Translations under genes and position numbers: made by a program
In this document: piece by piece, positions 27,024 through 35,221 of the stretch
Numbering within the stretch: position 1 is the first letter of the stretch
How the letters are laid out: the number at the start of each line of letters is the position of its first letter
The notes under the pieces: model-generated
What the model was told of the DNA's origin: nothing
The model's input: only the letters and a program-made list of their open reading frames with translations
Database searches by the model: none
IMG/VR virus record: IMGVR_UViG_3300048597_000653
Coordinates: 53,625-117,624 of that record
Reading direction: 5' to 3' (one strand)
From: a virus
Lineage: Duplodnaviria > Heunggongvirae > Uroviricota > Caudoviricetes
DNA length: 64,000 nt

Positions 27024-28049
27024 ATGCTGCTTTGGATCGAAGGCTTTGAAGGCTACGGGCAGTCGGCTGGAAGCGCGCCGGTTGGCATGGATCGCCGCTA
27101 CCCGGTCAACAGCAACTTGAATCTGCTCGATGTGGAGGTCGGCCGGACTGGTGGATTTGCCATCGAGTTCGGCGGGTTGTCGGGCTATTTCCAAACACCG
27201 AGCTTGGGAAACATCTCCACCTTCTATTGCGGGTTCGCCGTCAACTTCGGCGCCTATGCCGCAGGCGTGCAATTCTGGGGCGCGTTTGAAGGGGGCAACA
27301 TGTCGCTCAACCTGCGAACGACCGCGGGTGGCGAATACGAGTTGTTTCTGAACAACTCCAGCCTGGGGACCACGTCGGGCGCGACGATCGGCACCGGGGC
27401 ATGGGGCTACTTCGAGATCAAAGGAGTGATCCACAACTCAGCAGGGGAGTACGAAGTCCGGATCAACGGATCGACAGTGCTGAGCGCAACCAGCGTCGAT
27501 ACGCAGGTGGGCTCGAATGCGTATATCAACAGCATTCGTTGGGGCCGCCCCTCGGGCTCAAACATCGACGGCTTGATGGACGACATGTACATCGCCGACA
27601 GCACCGGCTCTTACAACAACACGTTCCTGGGGACTCGCAAAGTCGTCGGCCTGTTTCCCAGCGGTGCAGGAAATAGCACAGCTTTCACGCCGAACTCGGG
27701 CAGCAACTATCAAGCGGTGGATGAGACCACCATTGACGACGACACGTCGTACGTCCAATCGGGGACGTCGGCCCACAAAGATACGTATACCTTTGGAGAC
27801 CTGCCGGCCGACTTAGGCTCGATCGCGGGCATTCAGATCAATACCGACTGTCGGGAGACGGACGCCAATCCCTTCTCGCTCAAGACGGTGGTGCGATCGG
27901 ACGGGGTGGACTATGCCGACGCCGGTCAGGCGATCGGCTCCACGTCCTACGTCTCCCGTCGCAGGATCCTTGAAGTGGACCCCGACACGTCGCTGCCCTG
28001 GCAGAAGTCCGCAGTCGATTCCGCGGAGTTTGGAATTGAGGTGGCCTAA
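27024..28049 (+). CDS. hypothetical tail or baseplate protein
   Basis: ATG at 27024 lies after the terminator. The longer call from a TTG at 26964 would span the hairpin. Confidence 0.5.
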   Translation: MLLWIEGFEGYGQSAGSAPVGMDRRYPVNSNLNLLDVEVGRTGGFAIEFGGLSGYFQTPSLGNISTFYCGFAVNFGAYAAGVQFWGAFEGGNMSLNLRTTAGGEYELFLNNSSLGTTSGATIGTGAWGYFEIKGVIHNSAGEYEVRINGSTVLSATSVDTQVGSNAYINSIRWGRPSGSNIDGLMDDMYIADSTGSYNNTFLGTRKVVGLFPSGAGNSTAFTPNSGSNYQAVDETTIDDDTSYVQSGTSAHKDTYTFGDLPADLGSIAGIQINTDCRETDANPFSLKTVVRSDGVDYADAGQAIGSTSYVSRRRILEVDPDTSLPWQKSAVDSAEFGIEVA

Positions 28050-29023
28050 TGGTTTTACGGGTCACTCGACAGATTGCGGAGGTAATGGCGGAAGGTGACG
28101 GCGAGATGCGCGTCACACGCCAGTACATCGAAGTTCTGGCGGTTCAAACGGAATACGTCGAGCAAGTCGCCCAAAGCCTGGGACTCTCGGATTCACTCAA
28201 CGTCGTGGCGCCGATTCGGATCGAGGTGCAACAGAACCTTGGTTTGCAAGAAGTGGCAGATGGCCGGGTTGGTGTCTACCACCGTGACGTCGGCGACGTG
28301 CTTGACTTTCAGGAACGCATGGGCCGCGTCCTGGAACGTACGGTCTCCCAGTCGCTGACTCTGATCGACACGGTTGAACGCAAGCACCCGGTCGCACAAA
28401 GCCTGGGCTTGGTTCAGACAGTCACTCATGGCAAAGGTGCGACAAGCTCCGACAACCTGAACTTGCAAAGCATTGCGGACTACGACGCGATTCTTAATCG
28501 CTCAGTCAGCGATGCGTTGGGACTTCATCAGTCGGTCACCTACTACCTGGGTGGTGACTGCATCACCAAGCAGTACACACCGTTCATCGGTTCAAGCACG
28601 GATACGGAGTTCACACCGCCCGACCTGACACCTCCCACATTGTCCGACGCCACGTTGACGTTGACGTACCCGTATGTCTCGCCGACCAACACGCTGGTGC
28701 TGCGGAACCCCAGCTTCGGCAATCGTGATCGTCTCGCATTCAATCGAATCAACCGGGAGACCCGCGGTGGGACGCTGGTCGTCTTCGCGGATCCGATCTG
28801 GCCGAAATCTCAGACGCTGCAATTGACCGTCGATGTGCTGAGTGATGCTCAAGTCGAGAACCTGCTGACGTTCCTGGCCCAATCGCTCGGCAAAGAGATC
28901 GGGTTGCTCGATCACGAAGGCCGGCAGTGGCGAGGCATCATCACGACTCCGGACACCAGCATCGCCCATGCGGCGATGCAAGATCGCACGGTCACCTTCG
29001 ATTTTGAAGGAGAACTCGCATGA
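28049..29023 (+). CDS. hypothetical tail protein
   Basis: 324-aa ORF with an ATGA overlap. Confidence 0.45.
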   Translation: MVLRVTRQIAEVMAEGDGEMRVTRQYIEVLAVQTEYVEQVAQSLGLSDSLNVVAPIRIEVQQNLGLQEVADGRVGVYHRDVGDVLDFQERMGRVLERTVSQSLTLIDTVERKHPVAQSLGLVQTVTHGKGATSSDNLNLQSIADYDAILNRSVSDALGLHQSVTYYLGGDCITKQYTPFIGSSTDTEFTPPDLTPPTLSDATLTLTYPYVSPTNTLVLRNPSFGNRDRLAFNRINRETRGGTLVVFADPIWPKSQTLQLTVDVLSDAQVENLLTFLAQSLGKEIGLLDHEGRQWRGIITTPDTSIAHAAMQDRTVTFDFEGELA

Positions 29024-29430
29024 GCGTGCTACTGCAAGCTCCCTGGCCCGCACTGGAGACGACGTCGGTCCTACCCAACCCACAGTTCAACGACATCATC
29101 GCACCCAAGAACAGCGTGGTGATTCGTCGCGCGATGGACGGGACGAAACGTACCTATGTCAAAAGCAACGCTCGTTGCAAGCTGAACTACACGTTCATGC
29201 TGTCGCGAGACAAAGCCCTGGAAGTTCGCGCTTTCTTGCTGTCGTACTACCGGGCACAGATCCAACTGGTCAACCATCTGAACGACCATTGGGTTGGCTA
29301 CTTACTGAACAACCCGTTCGAGTTCCTGGCCTCTTCTCGTGCTGACGGTACTCCCGGCGGCGAGATGTTTGAGTTCGCTATGGAGTTCGAGGGAATCCGA
29401 ACGGTTACGCATACTCCGTCCAACTGCTGA
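29020..29430 (+). CDS. hypothetical tail protein
   Basis: 136-aa ORF. Confidence 0.45.
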   Translation: MSVLLQAPWPALETTSVLPNPQFNDIIAPKNSVVIRRAMDGTKRTYVKSNARCKLNYTFMLSRDKALEVRAFLLSYYRAQIQLVNHLNDHWVGYLLNNPFEFLASSRADGTPGGEMFEFAMEFEGIRTVTHTPSNC

Positions 29431-29437
29431 GCCCAAC

Positions 29438-32400
29438 ATGGCACGCAACATCTCTGTCGCATCACTGGCCAAGCTGGCTGAGAACTACGGCACTGAGCCA
29501 ATCAACATCGTGGAGATCCAATGGGTCGCCAACGGTCCTCGCGATTCCTATGCCGATCGCGAGATCGCCAGCGGCATCAAAGGCAGGATTCTCGACATCG
29601 CTGACCTGGACAACGTGATCCAAGTCTCTGGCGGCGGCCAGTCGCAGCAGATCACGGTCAAGATGGATGACACGGATGGCTCGATCAAGACGATCCTGGA
29701 CAACAACGACATCCACAAGCGACCTTGCTGGGTCTACCAGTGGTTTGACGGATTGGACGTCGCTGAGAAGTTCCTGATTTTCAAAGGGCTCATCAGCAGC
29801 CCGATCATTTGGAACGAGGGGGATCGCACCGTCGAGTTCACGGTCATCTCGCAGATCGAGGACACCGAAGTCGGCTTCTCGATCGAGGAAGGGGACTTCC
29901 GCAATCCGCCGGAAGACTTGATCGGCAAGCCGTGGCCGTTGTGCTTTGGCACGGTCATCAACGTCCCCTGCTTGAAGATGCAGTCCGCGCGGCAGGGCGT
30001 GCTCGCGACCGGAGTGGGCATTGCCGACTTCCAGCTTGTCAACAAGCTGGCAGCGGCCAACAAGATCATCTGCCCGCAGAACTTTGAAGGCTACCGAGCT
30101 ACGCAGGACGGTAGCAGCGTGTGGGGTGCCGGGCCGCTGTTGATCCAAGGCATCTATCTGCCCGATCAAGCCTGTCAAAAGGCCAAGTGCGAAGCGATCG
30201 AGGCGACGGAACTGAAGATCAGTGAGCAGTACGGCTACCAAGCGAACAGCTTCCAAGTCTTCGGCGGCGAGCGTTTCCCCCAAGGCCGTCTGTTGACCTT
30301 GGACATCAATGGTGGCAAGTTCACCGGGACCTTCAGCGGCGACGTCTTCTCGATTCAGGGACGTCGTCATCCGCGGCAAGACTCGAACGGCTTGCTGGTC
30401 GTTCCTGATCCGGTGCAAACGGTGAAGAGTGCTTGCGGGACCAACGCACCCAATCCCAACAACCAGCGTCAGGAAGAGCCACCGGACGGTGAACCCGGCG
30501 TGACTCAGACACTCTATGCTGCCGCCTCGAAGCGGACCTGGGAGTTCTACCACTCGATCGAGGAAGCTGGTTTCTTCTGGGCCAGCCCTGGCGCCACGGT
30601 CACGATCGACAGCGATCAAGAAATTATCTACATCGCCAACATCCTGCCCTCGACCATTCTGCGGGTGGCAGCTTGGCGCGAGTTCGATGCTGGCCGGCAA
30701 CTCATCACGGTGCCGAGCAACTACTACACCGTACGGCAGGTGGACTATACCGGCTATCAGGTGATGGAGATCGTGTTTGATCGTCCGCTCAGCAGCCGTA
30801 AGCAAGGCTGGGAAGACGACATCTACGTGACGCTCACCTCGTCGGTCGGGCCGAACACGGTGGACATTCTGGAATGGTTCATCGAGACGTATACCGACTT
30901 CGCGATCGACTCGACCAGCTTCGACCATGTTCGCACTTTGATCGACAACTACCCGATGCACTTTCCGCTGTTAGAGCGGAAGAACATCATCGACGTGTTG
31001 CAGGAGATTGCTTTCCAAGCTCGCTGTGCGCTGTGGCTCAAGGACGATGAATTCTTCATCAAATACTTAGCCGAAGAGCCGACTGCGGACGATACGATCG
31101 GCGTCGGTGACGTGGAAGCCAACTCCCTCTCGGTGCTCACCACGCCGACCGAAGACTTGGTGACGAAGTATATCGGCGAGTGGAAGAAGGACTACGCGAT
31201 CGACGATCCGAACCGGGTCATCCTGCGGCACAACGTCGCGAAGTACGGCACGCAAGAAGAGACCTACAACTTCTATTGCTTCAACATTTTGGAACTGGTC
31301 CGCAAGGCAGCCACGTTCTGGTTGATCCGCAAAGCCAACACCTGGCGTAAGGTCAAGTTCGAGACGCCGATTCATAAGCTGAACCTGGAAGTCTTCGACA
31401 CGGTGTCACTAACCGTCCCGTCCGTGGCGCCCGGCACGATCAAAGCAGTGGTCGAGCAGTGCAACTACGACTCGAACAATCGCACGCTTCAGTTCGAGCT
31501 TTGGACGCCCTTGCGGGCAGGCAGCCAGACGCCTTACGACTTCGCCTGGCCGGCTGACGTGGACGAACGGCTGATATTCCCGACGCTCGACGAGCGATTG
31601 GCGAACTTTGCCGGCAGCGGGCAGGCCCCGAACTTCTCCGTCATCGCGCCGAACCAGCATCCGCTCTCCAACAGTACGGAAGGGTTGTTCTCTGGCTTCA
31701 CCCTCCAGGCTTGCACGAACTTCGACAACCTGGTGAACGAAGACTTCCCACCGTGCCGTGGCGACTTCGGTGACCAACGGCCGAGCGATCGGTTTGACCA
31801 GAAGCCGTTTCCGGCTGCCTCGCAAGACCAAGTTGGCGAGATCAGCGATGGAACAGACCCGCTGGGAGGGTCAGGTGGCCAGTCGAGCAACTGCTGTGCG
31901 GAAGCACGAGCCGCCAAGGCTTTGGCCGACCAGGCGATGAAGGAAGCGCAGCAGGCGCGCGAAGAGGCCGCCAAGGCAGCCCAGTCCGCTGGCCAGGGCA
32001 AAGAACGTCAAGAGGACGAAGAGACAGCGAAAGAGAACTTGCCGGACAAAGGCTGCTCGGCAGGCAACTGCGAGGCAGTGGCAACGATTCGCTACTTGAA
32101 AGTCTCGCAGGTGGCGACTCCGCCGCCGGGCTTGCCAACCAGTGAGCCAGGCGCCTCGGGCAAGATCCTCAACGGCACCGATGCTGGCGAGGAATGCTAC
32201 ACCTTCAACTCGGCCGTCGCAGCCCAGCAGTTCCGCCAGAGCAAGGTTCAAGCCATGCAAGACTTGAGCAATGCCTACGGAGCGATCGTGGGGGAGACTT
32301 ACCCCTGGGTCACATCTACTGCCGATAGCAACCTTGGCATCGATCAAGACCCCGATAGTCCCAACTTCGGCAATGCGTGCCCCGAGCCCGCGGCCGAAGA

Positions 32401-32440
32401 GCAGGCCATGACCGGTCACAGTGGTTCAACTCCAGCCTAA
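29438..32440 (+). CDS. large tail protein; candidate host-specificity or central fibre protein
   Basis: About 1000 aa from the ATG at 29438. It is the last and largest structural gene, with a Cys-containing and coiled-coil C-terminus. Confidence 0.55.
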   Translation: MARNISVASLAKLAENYGTEPINIVEIQWVANGPRDSYADREIASGIKGRILDIADLDNVIQVSGGGQSQQITVKMDDTDGSIKTILDNNDIHKRPCWVYQWFDGLDVAEKFLIFKGLISSPIIWNEGDRTVEFTVISQIEDTEVGFSIEEGDFRNPPEDLIGKPWPLCFGTVINVPCLKMQSARQGVLATGVGIADFQLVNKLAAANKIICPQNFEGYRATQDGSSVWGAGPLLIQGIYLPDQACQKAKCEAIEATELKISEQYGYQANSFQVFGGERFPQGRLLTLDINGGKFTGTFSGDVFSIQGRRHPRQDSNGLLVVPDPVQTVKSACGTNAPNPNNQRQEEPPDGEPGVTQTLYAAASKRTWEFYHSIEEAGFFWASPGATVTIDSDQEIIYIANILPSTILRVAAWREFDAGRQLITVPSNYYTVRQVDYTGYQVMEIVFDRPLSSRKQGWEDDIYVTLTSSVGPNTVDILEWFIETYTDFAIDSTSFDHVRTLIDNYPMHFPLLERKNIIDVLQEIAFQARCALWLKDDEFFIKYLAEEPTADDTIGVGDVEANSLSVLTTPTEDLVTKYIGEWKKDYAIDDPNRVILRHNVAKYGTQEETYNFYCFNILELVRKAATFWLIRKANTWRKVKFETPIHKLNLEVFDTVSLTVPSVAPGTIKAVVEQCNYDSNNRTLQFELWTPLRAGSQTPYDFAWPADVDERLIFPTLDERLANFAGSGQAPNFSVIAPNQHPLSNSTEGLFSGFTLQACTNFDNLVNEDFPPCRGDFGDQRPSDRFDQKPFPAASQDQVGEISDGTDPLGGSGGQSSNCCAEARAAKALADQAMKEAQQAREEAAKAAQSAGQGKERQEDEETAKENLPDKGCSAGNCEAVATIRYLKVSQVATPPPGLPTSEPGASGKILNGTDAGEECYTFNSAVAAQQFRQSKVQAMQDLSNAYGAIVGETYPWVTSTADSNLGIDQDPDSPNFGNACPEPAAEEQAMTGHSGSTPA

Positions 32441-32449
32441 AGGGGCACG

Positions 32450-33016
32450 ATGGAAAGCGCGTTTGCTTGGATCGGTTGGATTGCGGAATGGCTAGGTAGC
32501 TTTGTCCCTCGCTTGAAGATCGTTCGTTCGACCCATGCCGGAGTCAAGTTCCGGCATGGGCGGAAGGCGATCTCACTGCCACCAGGGCTGCACTTTTACT
32601 GGCCCTTGGTGACCGAGGTGGAGATCATTCCAGTCGCCCGGCAGACTCACAACCTGCCGTCTCAATGCCTGCTGACACAAGATGGGCAACAAGTAGTCGT
32701 CGGGGCCGTGGTCGTCTATTCGATCACGAACATCGTAGACGCCCTGTCAAAGAACTGGGACGTCAACGACACCATCAACGACATCACGATGGTTGCCATT
32801 ACCTCAGTCGTCAGCAAACGCACGCTGACGGACCTGAAGGACAACCTGGACGGAGATGTGCAGAAGCACTTGACCGCAGAGACGCGGAAGAAGTTGAAGC
32901 GGTACGGCGTCAAGGTCTTCAAGACGGCCTTGACCGACTTTAGCACCGCGTTCGTCATCAAGAACGTAGGCGGCAGTGCGGCCGGCTACGGAGCCCTGAC
33001 CACGGGAGGCGACTGA
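32450..33016 (+). CDS. SPFH / band-7 domain protein
   Basis: N-terminal hydrophobic segment followed by the motif FYWPLVTEVEIIPVARQTHNLPSQCLLTQDGQQVVVGAVVVYSI. Confidence 0.6.
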   Translation: MESAFAWIGWIAEWLGSFVPRLKIVRSTHAGVKFRHGRKAISLPPGLHFYWPLVTEVEIIPVARQTHNLPSQCLLTQDGQQVVVGAVVVYSITNIVDALSKNWDVNDTINDITMVAITSVVSKRTLTDLKDNLDGDVQKHLTAETRKKLKRYGVKVFKTALTDFSTAFVIKNVGGSAAGYGALTTGGD

Positions 33017-33552
33017 TGCCAGCCAAGATGCTCCGAGGATCGTCGATCGACTGGAAGCCCTGCATTAAGCGGCAGGACGTCGTGATCTTTCCCAAGGACG
33101 GAGAGCAGCGGGTCGAGCCCCGCTGTGCGCACGTCTCGTGCGAGTCCTTTGGGAAGGGTGTGAGCCAGGATGGTTGCGAGGCTTGCCCCGTGCGTGTGCC
33201 GAGCCGACCGCGGCATCCTGGCTACAGCGAGCGACTGTTGATCGCTCGCGACTTTGGGCAGCCTTCCGTGCTACCCGGAGGCGTGCTGGTCTACAAACAG
33301 ACCGGCTGGGAGCCGCCACCGCCGCATCATGGCTATCGTCGGAAGAGCGACGACATCAAATCGCCGGATGCTTGGACCTTCATTCCGCTCTGGCCTCCCT
33401 GCCGCTACCGCGAGATGCATAACGCTGTGCGGCCGTGTGGCTGCTTGCAGATCAATGCAAGCTGCATCTGCCCGCACGCGGAGCACAACGGCCAGCCGGT
33501 CACCATTAGTCTGTGCCAGGCGTGCCCGCTGGCTCAGCCTCCGGAAGAGTGA
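33016..33552 (+). CDS. Cys/His-rich hypothetical protein
   Basis: 178 aa with more than 14 Cys. Its 3' end overlaps the convergent exonuclease gene. Confidence 0.4.
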   Translation: MPAKMLRGSSIDWKPCIKRQDVVIFPKDGEQRVEPRCAHVSCESFGKGVSQDGCEACPVRVPSRPRHPGYSERLLIARDFGQPSVLPGGVLVYKQTGWEPPPPHHGYRRKSDDIKSPDAWTFIPLWPPCRYREMHNAVRPCGCLQINASCICPHAEHNGQPVTISLCQACPLAQPPEE

Positions 33553-34165
33553 AGATGCCGAACTGCAAGAGTCGGCGATAAAGCTCTGCCTCCGCGATCG
33601 CATCGGCCAGAGCATCGTGCGGCTTGGTATTGTGGACCTTGAAGTATTTACAGAGCGGTTGCAAGCCAACTCGGCTAAATGGTGGCGGGCCACCGGCGAA
33701 GCAAGCACGATCATTCAACGCGAGAGCCAAGGTCTGAGCATCTCGCGCGTGGAAGTGAAACAAGGCGTCCATCTGCCTTTCGCCTAGCCACTGCTTTAGA
33801 AAGCTGGACTCAAACGGCCAGTTGTGTGCCAGCGGGATCAATCGCTTGGTCGAAGGAAGGGCCAGCTTCTCATGCCACTCCAGTAGCATGTCCTCCACCG
33901 TGCTAAGCTCTGGCGCATGGATTGAAAGCCAGTGCAGGTCTAGCTCGTTAGTCCGCATGGCCGCCGAGTCGGCGCGGGACGGCCGAGTGGGGCGGATCGT
34001 CGTGTAGAACGGCCGCACATTAGCCATCGGCCGAAGCTCTTCGTCAAGCGGCACGATCGCGATCTGAATCGCGTCGTGATAACCGGCCCGTGTCCCGGTG
34101 GTTTCCAAGTCCACGGCGGCCAGCACGTTGCCATGCATGTTGGCCAGTGCAGGATAAATCTTCAC
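33506..34165 (-). CDS. DnaQ-like DEDDh 3'-5' exonuclease
   Basis: Exo I AAVDLETTG, Exo II HNWPFESSF and Exo III HDALADA motifs. Likely GTG start at 34165 with an AAGGAGG SD and a GTGA overlap onto the upstream stop. The ORF is called to 34210. Confidence 0.75.
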   Translation of the reverse strand: MKIYPALANMHGNVLAAVDLETTGTRAGYHDAIQIAIVPLDEELRPMANVRPFYTTIRPTRPSRADSAAMRTNELDLHWLSIHAPELSTVEDMLLEWHEKLALPSTKRLIPLAHNWPFESSFLKQWLGERQMDALFHFHARDAQTLALALNDRACFAGGPPPFSRVGLQPLCKYFKVHNTKPHDALADAIAEAELYRRLLQFGIFTLPEAEPAGTPGTD

Positions 34166-34818
34166 GCGGCCTCCTTGAACGGTCCTCGTTCGACGGAGAG
34201 TGCGAACCACATGTCAGCGTCGGTTTGCAGCTTGCCGGACTGGCCGAAGATCAATGCTCTGGCTACGCGACCGGCAAACTGCTGAAGCTCCGACATTCGG
34301 CCGGAGCCGCCGATCACGAAGTCCCAATCGCTGTAGCCCAGCAACTGACGATCAGGTCCAGTATTTCTCGGACCTTTTCCTGGACGGACAACCTTGCCAA
34401 TGATGGCACATGGGTCTGCCTGTCTGGCCGCCAGAATCTCGTTCTCGAAGCGAATGTCAGGAACGACCATCACATCCAAGTCGCGAGGGGTCTTGAACAG
34501 GTAGTCAATCCAAGTCCGATCGTAGACCTGCTCGCGCAAAGCTGGTGTACCCACCTTGACCCACAGTTCGACAGGGGTCATGCCCAAGTCGGGCAGCATT
34601 ATGTCGCGAAACGGTTCGCCTTCCGGTGTATCGTAGAACTCCGGCTCGCGAACTCCGGCCCAGCCGTAAAGATCGAAGCACACCTGCTTGAGCTTCCAGG
34701 CCAAGCTGACCTTCTTGACCTTCATCGCGGGATGGAGTTCCTTGATGCTTTGCACCAAGTAGTTCGCGAACGAATCTTTGCCCGTGCGAGAGTAATGACC
34801 GACAGCGACGATACGCAT
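34162..34818 (-). CDS. deoxynucleoside monophosphate kinase, T4 gp1-like
   Basis: P-loop AVGHYSRTGKDSF and the DIRFENE motif characteristic of dNMP kinases. Confidence 0.6.
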   Translation of the reverse strand: MRIVAVGHYSRTGKDSFANYLVQSIKELHPAMKVKKVSLAWKLKQVCFDLYGWAGVREPEFYDTPEGEPFRDIMLPDLGMTPVELWVKVGTPALREQVYDRTWIDYLFKTPRDLDVMVVPDIRFENEILAARQADPCAIIGKVVRPGKGPRNTGPDRQLLGYSDWDFVIGGSGRMSELQQFAGRVARALIFGQSGKLQTDADMWFALSVERGPFKEAA

Positions 34819-35061
34819 TTAGACGCTCAACAGTTGCTTGAGAAAAAGGTAGAAGCGGGCGATCGCGTTGGCGATCGCTTGGGATAGTTGTTGGATCAGA
34901 GGGTTTTTCTTGTTGAAGGAATAAGCCCGCGCCTTCACGAGCTTGCGTCCCAAGAAGCCTCGCGGTATGGGCCGCGACTGTGTCGGCGAGAACGCCGGTC
35001 GAGACGCAAATGTCTGAGGCGGTTGTTCTGCCGGCATCCGATGCTCGATCATGCTTCGCAA
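34819..35061 (-). CDS. small basic hypothetical protein
   Basis: 80-aa ORF whose stop abuts the dNMP kinase ATG. No motif recognised. Confidence 0.3.
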   Translation of the reverse strand: MRSMIEHRMPAEQPPQTFASRPAFSPTQSRPIPRGFLGRKLVKARAYSFNKKNPLIQQLSQAIANAIARFYLFLKQLLSV

Positions 35062-35221
35062 ACCTCTTGCTCTTCCTCGACCTCGATGAAGTCGCCGCCA
35101 TGCCGGCTGGCAAACTTCGCTTCATTGGTCGGGCGAGCCTCGGTCTCGACTTCTTTCACCAACGCACCGCGGATTACGGACGAATTGCCGACGCGGATGC
35201 AGCGATAAACGCGAACTAACA

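Noticed and set aside
33254-33787. Plus-strand 177-aa ORF with high GC3.
   Set aside because: It is antisense to the C-terminal half of the DnaQ-like exonuclease (33506..34165) in the frame that shares third positions, so its coding-like GC3 is an artefact.
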